DNA of 39,085 nt, taken from positions 1 to 39,085 of the IMG/VR virus record IMGVR_UViG_3300032116_000060, one strand, 5' to 3'. This document shows, piece by piece, positions 34,414 to 39,085 of the stretch. Below the pieces are notes generated by a model. It saw only the letters and a program-made list of their open reading frames with translations. It ran no database searches and was not told where the DNA came from. Every line of letters starts with the position of its first letter. Position 1 is the first letter of the stretch. Source of the DNA: a virus. Lineage: Duplodnaviria > Heunggongvirae > Uroviricota > Caudoviricetes. A program made the position numbers and the translations under genes.

Positions 34414-34758
34414 TTATTTCCAAAATATACTTACTAAAAGGATAAGAAGAGCAAGAATAATCTGAACTAATACTTTGAGCGAAAAATTCTGATTATAATG
34501 AAGTGGGTATAATATAATACCAACAAATACACCGGTGATAAAAAATAAAAAACGATTACTCCACATACTTCCTCCAAAACCCGCTACTCCATATTCACTC
34601 GCCTTTATCCATAACCAAGTGCAAACAATTGCTATTAGGTAAGGATATGGTGACTTAATCCAATTCGGCATTTTAAATTGCCAATACATAATATACCAAT
34701 GACCGAAACCACCCAACATAAAAAGTGTGAATGATTGTAATATTTTAATTATATTCAT
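34414..34758 (-). CDS. Four-helix small membrane protein
   Basis: Four hydrophobic segments in 114 aa. Confidence 0.7.
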   Translation of the reverse strand: MNIIKILQSFTLFMLGGFGHWYIMYWQFKMPNWIKSPYPYLIAIVCTWLWIKASEYGVAGFGGSMWSNRFLFFITGVFVGIILYPLHYNQNFSLKVLVQIILALLILLVSIFWK

Positions 34759-34761
34759 AAC

Positions 34762-34887
34762 TTATTTAATTCGTTTACCATTTTTATATACCCACAATTC
34801 ATCCACACCCTCTTTGTTTGTGACAATAAAGGTAAAAATCTCATCCTTCTTAAATAAGGATTTAATCCAATGCATAACCTTTTTCAT
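34762..34887 (-). CDS. 41-aa hypothetical protein (not in track)
   Basis: MKKVMHWIKSLFKKDEIFTFIVTNKEGVDELWVYKNGKRIK* fills the gap. Confidence 0.55.
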   Translation of the reverse strand: MKKVMHWIKSLFKKDEIFTFIVTNKEGVDELWVYKNGKRIK

Positions 34888-34892
34888 AAAAT

Positions 34893-35135
34893 TTAATTTA
34901 GGCAGATTGGTCCAAACTTTTCTTCGAAAGTAGGAGGGGCTAGAAATTTATCTATTTGTTTTTGAACAACACCCATTGCTTTATTCGTATCTTCCCACTC
35001 ATAATCTTCAATTCTTGCGGTGATGTATGTGTGAACACACCTCATGACTTCCTTCAAAGGTAGCGATAATTCCAAAAGATATGGAATCAATTGTTCGTTT
35101 ACTTCTTCGTTTAATTGTTCGTGAGAAACTTTCAT
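34893..35135 (-). CDS. Hypothetical protein (start revised to MKVSHEQ)
   Basis: The track start overlaps the upstream 59-aa ORF. Confidence 0.6.
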   Translation of the reverse strand: MKVSHEQLNEEVNEQLIPYLLELSLPLKEVMRCVHTYITARIEDYEWEDTNKAMGVVQKQIDKFLAPPTFEEKFGPICLN

Positions 35136-35146
35136 ACTAATAAATA

Positions 35147-35326
35147 TTAAATGGTCGTACAATCTTCAAAAGCGAAATGATATGCATCGGTAGGATGAAT
35201 ACCACCATCGATATAATTTTGAGCCTTCTCTTCTACTTCGGTTCTACAACCCCACGCGGAGGCCTCAACCAATACCAATTCAATGTCTTGCAAATCGCCA
35301 ATTGTTAAATCATACTTTGTGTTCAT
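35147..35326 (-). CDS. 59-aa hypothetical protein (not in track)
   Basis: MNTKYDLTIGDLQDIELVLVEASAWG...FAFEDCTTI*. Confidence 0.65.
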   Translation of the reverse strand: MNTKYDLTIGDLQDIELVLVEASAWGCRTEVEEKAQNYIDGGIHPTDAYHFAFEDCTTI

Positions 35327-35336
35327 AGTTTATATT

Positions 35337-35795
35337 TTAAAAAGGTAATTGTTCTAAATTGTTATAAATGAAATAGGAAATTTTATATATGATGGTATCG
35401 ATGGTAACCTCACTCCTTTCTATTGAATATGTTTGGTGAATGTTACCGCTTCTAAAATCCATATTATAATCACCCCCTTCGACATTTTTAGTTCGGCTTA
35501 TCACCGCATTAATCCTTCTACCATTCCAATCAATTAACATTTCATAATCTTTATAATCCTCTTCAATCGAAATCACATCAAAAGAGAAATCGTTTATATT
35601 ATTAAGTTGTGTATCATAATGACCGATGATTTTGCGGAAATTTTGGATAGTAAGGGTAATCTCTTTGGACTTCTCTACAATCTCATACACATCAGCAAGA
35701 AAATCTTTCCAATCCTTTTTATGACCGTATTTGGAATAGAGTTGTTGAACATCCATCCCAATCGTTTTTAATAATACATCATCTATTTCTTTCAT
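35337..35795 (-). CDS. Hypothetical protein
   Basis: 152-aa ORF. Confidence 0.7.
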   Translation of the reverse strand: MKEIDDVLLKTIGMDVQQLYSKYGHKKDWKDFLADVYEIVEKSKEITLTIQNFRKIIGHYDTQLNNINDFSFDVISIEEDYKDYEMLIDWNGRRINAVISRTKNVEGGDYNMDFRSGNIHQTYSIERSEVTIDTIIYKISYFIYNNLEQLPF

Positions 35796-35983
35796 TCTCT
35801 TAAACCATTTTCCGGTCCTAAAATCCGTCCATTCGATTTAGAATAAGCCTTTTGATAGTTTATCCACCATACGGCTTCCCAATCTGCTCTCCTCTCCTGC
35901 CACTCCCTAATCCGCTTATCGTTGTAATCACATAAGGTAGCCACTCCCAACTCCTTACACCATTCGTTGTATTCCATAAACAT
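35792..35983 (-). CDS. Hypothetical protein (start revised to ATG 35983)
   Basis: MEYNEWCKELGV resembles LEFNQWARELGV in 37796..38014. Confidence 0.6.
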   Translation of the reverse strand: MFMEYNEWCKELGVATLCDYNDKRIREWQERRADWEAVWWINYQKAYSKSNGRILGPENGLRE

Positions 35984-35986
35984 AAC

Positions 35987-36017
35987 CAAATATACAAAAA
36001 ATAATTGAGTATTCCAA
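35987..36017 (-). promoter_or_regulatory. Bacteroidota-type promoter TTGGA-N18-TATATTTG
   Basis: The -7 box ends 3 nt before ATG 35983. Confidence 0.65.
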
Positions 36018-36019
36018 AT

Positions 36020-36295
36020 CTAATCTCCACCTATTAAGACGGAAACATAAAAAGAAAATAATTCCCTATCTTCAATCGCCGCCTTCGTAATATCGATATG
36101 ATTAGAACCGTATCGGAGACGGTAACAATCATCCCTTACCAAATGGCGATGAAGGCGGACATCCTTTCGTTGATTACCATCAGTATCGTTTATATAGAAG
36201 TAGTAATCCCATCGGTGTAAAACCACTTTACCAAATACCCAATCATCGGAAATGCGGTGACCGGTAATCCTATCGGTATTCTGAATGATTAACAT
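36020..36295 (-). CDS. Hypothetical protein
   Basis: 91-aa ORF. Confidence 0.65.
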   Translation of the reverse strand: MLIIQNTDRITGHRISDDWVFGKVVLHRWDYYFYINDTDGNQRKDVRLHRHLVRDDCYRLRYGSNHIDITKAAIEDRELFSFYVSVLIGGD

Positions 36296-36325
36296 ATAGT
36301 AGAGATTTACCGCAAACCATTTTCA

Positions 36326-36769
36326 TTATATAGTATTCATACAAATTATAATCTTTTCAATAGTATCTATCTCATCACTACCCAGCCATAAGGTTTTAGA
36401 ATCATACTCCATAATGTAATGACCCGAATCGGTTTGTCTTCGATGTAAAAGGATTTGATACCCACCGGTTTTAGCCGTATTATCTAAATTAAATTGGTAG
36501 TACTTATCCTCCTCTACCACACCTACGATGTTTAGGCGGTCATCATAGGGCATCCCCACTATGGATTGAATGTTTTGAATCTTTAACTTTACACTCTTCG
36601 ATTCAAATAGGTCTTTATGCCCCTTCATCCATTCATCTATTACCATACGGGCCTTTTGTTCGGCAACATCCCGAATTTGTTGAGCAACATTTGAATTCGG
36701 TTGGGATATATTCACCGATACTCCTTTTGGTGGTGGAGCCGTCATCGGTGGTATTGGTATTCTACTCAT
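36326..36769 (-). CDS. Hypothetical protein with a Pro-rich N-terminus
   Basis: 147-aa ORF. Confidence 0.65.
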   Translation of the reverse strand: MSRIPIPPMTAPPPKGVSVNISQPNSNVAQQIRDVAEQKARMVIDEWMKGHKDLFESKSVKLKIQNIQSIVGMPYDDRLNIVGVVEEDKYYQFNLDNTAKTGGYQILLHRRQTDSGHYIMEYDSKTLWLGSDEIDTIEKIIICMNTI

Positions 36770-36771
36770 TC

Positions 36772-37041
36772 TTATTTAATTTTTAGATAACTAATCCCTC
36801 CCCCCTTCCTCTCCTTCTTTTCCCTAATTACCTCTACCGCCCAATCATAGGTATAAGAACCGGTAGGTGATACATCCACCCAATCACCCAATCCCCTTCT
36901 TTGTTGTGGAAAGTGGTAACTACTACCATCCGAATGAGTAACCCTTTTAATTCGATACTCTACGCAAGAAGATAACACTCCCATTATCATTCCTACTACA
37001 ACTATTTTTTTAATCATCATATTCCTAAACCATTTAACCAT
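36772..37041 (-). CDS. Putative small lipoprotein
   Basis: KKIVVVGMIMGVLSS|C lipobox. Confidence 0.55.
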   Translation of the reverse strand: MVKWFRNMMIKKIVVVGMIMGVLSSCVEYRIKRVTHSDGSSYHFPQQRRGLGDWVDVSPTGSYTYDWAVEVIREKKERKGGGISYLKIK

Positions 37042-37346
37042 TCTAAAAGTATATACGAAATCTTATACCCTACAAACGCCCCAAAAGCAGATGAATAGGG
37101 AAATACAATCAACTTACCCAAATCGGTAACATACTTTGGACGGTTCACAATCTTACCCATAAAAGTGTAATATGTTATATACCCAATCAATACCGCTAAA
37201 TCCGTCCGAGTGGCAATAAATACGACTAAGGTTGCACCCAAAAATCCAAAAATGAAATTATCCCTAAACCCTTCCCACACTTCGGTAGGGGATGCATCCT
37301 TCCACTCTTTGATTATCTTATATATTTTTGCTTTGCTTCTTCTCAT
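37017..37346 (-). CDS. Small membrane protein
   Basis: Three hydrophobic segments. Confidence 0.7.
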   Translation of the reverse strand: MRRSKAKIYKIIKEWKDASPTEVWEGFRDNFIFGFLGATLVVFIATRTDLAVLIGYITYYTFMGKIVNRPKYVTDLGKLIVFPYSSAFGAFVGYKISYILLEWLNGLGI

Positions 37347-37647
37347 CGTTATATTTATCGATTAACTTTCCTATACACCCTAACAATATACCTATATTCT
37401 TTAAATCTGGTATCCTTAAATCGAATTGAATAGGAGAATAGTAAGCAATTCTTAATGAATACTCATTGTTTCCATATTCATCTTCAAACCCTTCTTTATG
37501 TAATACCACTTTTATCTTCTCATTCACATCTGAAAGGATACTTCTTAACTCAAAGATGTAAATATGATCATTCTCATCAACTTCATGAAAATACATATCC
37601 CTAACTATCTCTTCCTTTATCTTATGTATATTTTCTATCTTTAACAT
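37318..37647 (-). CDS. Hypothetical protein
   Basis: 109-aa ORF. Confidence 0.65.
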   Translation of the reverse strand: MLKIENIHKIKEEIVRDMYFHEVDENDHIYIFELRSILSDVNEKIKVVLHKEGFEDEYGNNEYSLRIAYYSPIQFDLRIPDLKNIGILLGCIGKLIDKYNDEKKQSKNI

Positions 37648-37795
37648 TACTTATCAACTTTCCATATAGGTAAAATTTTTTCTCCGAAATTTTTACCTTC
37701 GGAGGTATAATATATATTTTTCCACACGTAGTAAAAGCCAACACAAACATTCGAGGATACCCCAGCCCCCCTCTAACTCATTGACTTTCTTACGG

Positions 37796-38014
37796 TTACA
37801 TAAAACCTAACACATCTACGCCCTTCACGCCCCACTCCCTTATCATCTCCATTGGGCGGTTACCTTCGACTACGGGTGTGTATGAGCTACTCACTCCCAA
37901 CTCTCTCGCCCATTGGTTGAACTCTAACTGCTCTTTTGGGTATATACTCCTTTGTACTACGGCACCGTTTGGTAAGACCCTCCTACCTTCTAATTCGATA
38001 TACTCGTTATTCAT
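37796..38014 (-). CDS. Hypothetical protein
   Basis: 72-aa ORF. Confidence 0.6.
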   Translation of the reverse strand: MNNEYIELEGRRVLPNGAVVQRSIYPKEQLEFNQWARELGVSSSYTPVVEGNRPMEMIREWGVKGVDVLGFM

Positions 38015-38015
38015 A

Positions 38016-38309
38016 TTAACTTAGGTTACTTAGTATTACTCCTCTCCATCCTCCTAATCTCGCTTCTTCTGCTCCCTCCCATTCGAAGAACTCCTCATTC
38101 GGTTTCTCATATAGGTATAGTTGGAAATTATCACAAAATTGCTTTAGATACTTACTCTCTTCTTCCCAACTCATATCCCATCTCTGTCCATTTGGTCTGA
38201 ATGTACTATATATCCAATCCATTACATCACATATATTCAGTATATGGAATTCTTCCTTCTCTAATTGTTCTATTACTCTTACTCTTCCTTCGTTATACAT
38301 AGTGGTCAT
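38016..38309 (-). CDS. Hypothetical acidic protein
   Basis: 97-aa ORF. Confidence 0.65.
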   Translation of the reverse strand: MTTMYNEGRVRVIEQLEKEEFHILNICDVMDWIYSTFRPNGQRWDMSWEEESKYLKQFCDNFQLYLYEKPNEEFFEWEGAEEARLGGWRGVILSNLS

Positions 38310-38343
38310 ATTTTACTAAATTATTTTTTGTTTCCGACAACCA

Positions 38344-38550
38344 TTAGGATTCGTACTCCATATCTATCTGGCGTTGAAACAACTCGGCCTTTGCCAGGTC
38401 GTACTTCACCATACTAATCAAATCTCTCTCCCAAAACTCAATATTCAACTCCATAGGGCTAACTCCCAAATGGAGAGCTCTACTCTCTACGAAGTTACAA
38501 TACTCATTAACACTCATACCACGCACATCAATCAGTTCCATATCTCTCAT
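38344..38550 (-). CDS. Hypothetical protein
   Basis: First ORF after the 38563-38593 promoter. Confidence 0.65.
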   Translation of the reverse strand: MRDMELIDVRGMSVNEYCNFVESRALHLGVSPMELNIEFWERDLISMVKYDLAKAELFQRQIDMEYES

Positions 38551-38562
38551 CTTATTACATAG

Positions 38563-38593
38563 TAAATGTAGTAAAAAAGATTGAATTATCCAA
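38563..38593 (-). promoter_or_regulatory. Promoter TTGGA-N18-TACATTTA(CTATGTAAT)
   Basis: Variant of the 4255 and 30036 element. Confidence 0.65.
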
Positions 38594-38601
38594 GCATTTA
38601 G

Positions 38602-38694
38602 TTAAAAACTTTTGAAAAAACCAAAAATAATTTCCAATAGGGTGGGTTGGACCGGATTGATGGCCTCCACATAGTACTTAATTGCTCTACTCAT
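38602..38694 (-). CDS. 30-aa peptide (not in track)
   Basis: MSRAIKYYVEAINPVQPTLLEIIFGFFKSF*, coupled to the upstream peptide. Confidence 0.45.
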   Translation of the reverse strand: MSRAIKYYVEAINPVQPTLLEIIFGFFKSF

Positions 38695-38695
38695 C

Positions 38696-38800
38696 TTACT
38701 TAGTTTTAGAATGTTCGATTACTGTCTTTACGAATACATACCCTACAATACACACACCGGTGAAAAGGGTTACTAAAATGGTTTCTCCGATTGTTATCAT
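38696..38800 (-). CDS. 34-aa single-TM peptide (not in track)
   Basis: MITIGETILVTLFTGVCIVGYVFVKTVIEHSKTK*, directly after the 38823 promoter. Confidence 0.55.
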   Translation of the reverse strand: MITIGETILVTLFTGVCIVGYVFVKTVIEHSKTK

Positions 38801-38822
38801 ATTATCTCTTTTGATTACATAG

Positions 38823-38853
38823 TAAAGATAGGGGATACCGCCATATAATCCAA
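38823..38853 (-). promoter_or_regulatory. Promoter TTGGA-N18-TATCTTTA(CTATGTAAT)
   Basis: The 17-mer is identical to the 4246-4262 copy. Confidence 0.65.
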
Positions 38854-38969
38854 ATATGGGAGAGACTTTCTTTAAAAAACTTGCTTGATAATCAACGGGT
38901 TATAATCGGTTGAGTATGAGGGGGTTACGACCGGCAGCTATGGGAGGCTGCTCCCGCCCTACCGCCCTA

Positions 38970-39000
38970 TAAAGGTAAGAAAAAAGTATGAGAATTCCAA
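38970..39000 (-). promoter_or_regulatory. Promoter TTGGA-N18-TACCTTTA
   Basis: Same spacing as the other copies; no protein ORF follows. Confidence 0.55.
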
Positions 39001-39085
39001 GTAAAATCCCAAATATTTTTTATCGGTTTACTTTTGATTTAATGGCCTTCCAACAAGGTGAGGTATATAAGGCCTCCGCTTCATA

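Noticed and set aside
37623-37750. 42-codon minus-strand ORF MFVLAFTTCGK...
   Set aside because: It overlaps the start of 37318..37647, begins within a GC-rich non-coding-looking patch, and has no supporting signal.
731-38562. Other short plus-strand ORFs in the track, and minus-strand 592..786
   Set aside because: All overlap better-supported minus-strand genes and show no motifs. 592..786 is an alternative frame within the long 1..791 membrane-protein gene.
38952-38968. G-quadruplex on the minus strand (GGGCGGTAGGGCGGG)
   Set aside because: Only three GGG tracts, and competing hairpin pairing explains the sequence as well.
1-39085. CRISPR array, IS/transposase, integrase or diversity-generating retroelement
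   Set aside because: No regularly spaced repeats and no transposase, integrase or reverse-transcriptase motifs were seen.
1-39085. Stop-codon reassignment
   Set aside because: Recognisable enzymes are full length under code 11, coding density is high, and TAA, TGA and TAG all serve as stops.

Overview
AT-rich 39-kb segment of a large tailed phage. Almost all real genes lie on the minus strand with tight translational coupling. The host is probably Bacteroidota: nine copies of a TTGGA-N18-TAnnTTT(G/A) promoter resemble the Bacteroidota sigma-A -33/-7 promoter. The window holds Hsp20, an HD hydrolase, a 5'-nucleotidase, a metallophosphoesterase, PhoH, two DNA methyltransferases, a complete tmRNA with a long predicted 24-aa tag, a modular protein resembling an internal head protein, and many small hypothetical genes. 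The centrepiece is a modification island at about 8.8-23.7 kb: amidinotransferase, RmlC, a GT-A-like protein, two sulfotransferases, six 2OG-Fe(II) oxygenases, a flavin-dependent halogenase, SGNH-like proteins, CysC and an HxGH nucleotidyltransferase. Two unusual signals stand out there. (1) One gene encodes a circularly permuted ATP-grasp domain, a Hint domain that appears able to cleave only at its C-terminus, and a 30-aa six-Cys peptide. (2) Fourteen otherwise unrelated neighbouring proteins share a C-terminal K-[ST]-[LI]-[LI]-COOH-type tag. Together these suggest an undescribed phage peptide-release, ligation and tailoring system. All family calls come from motif recognition by eye; no database searches were run.
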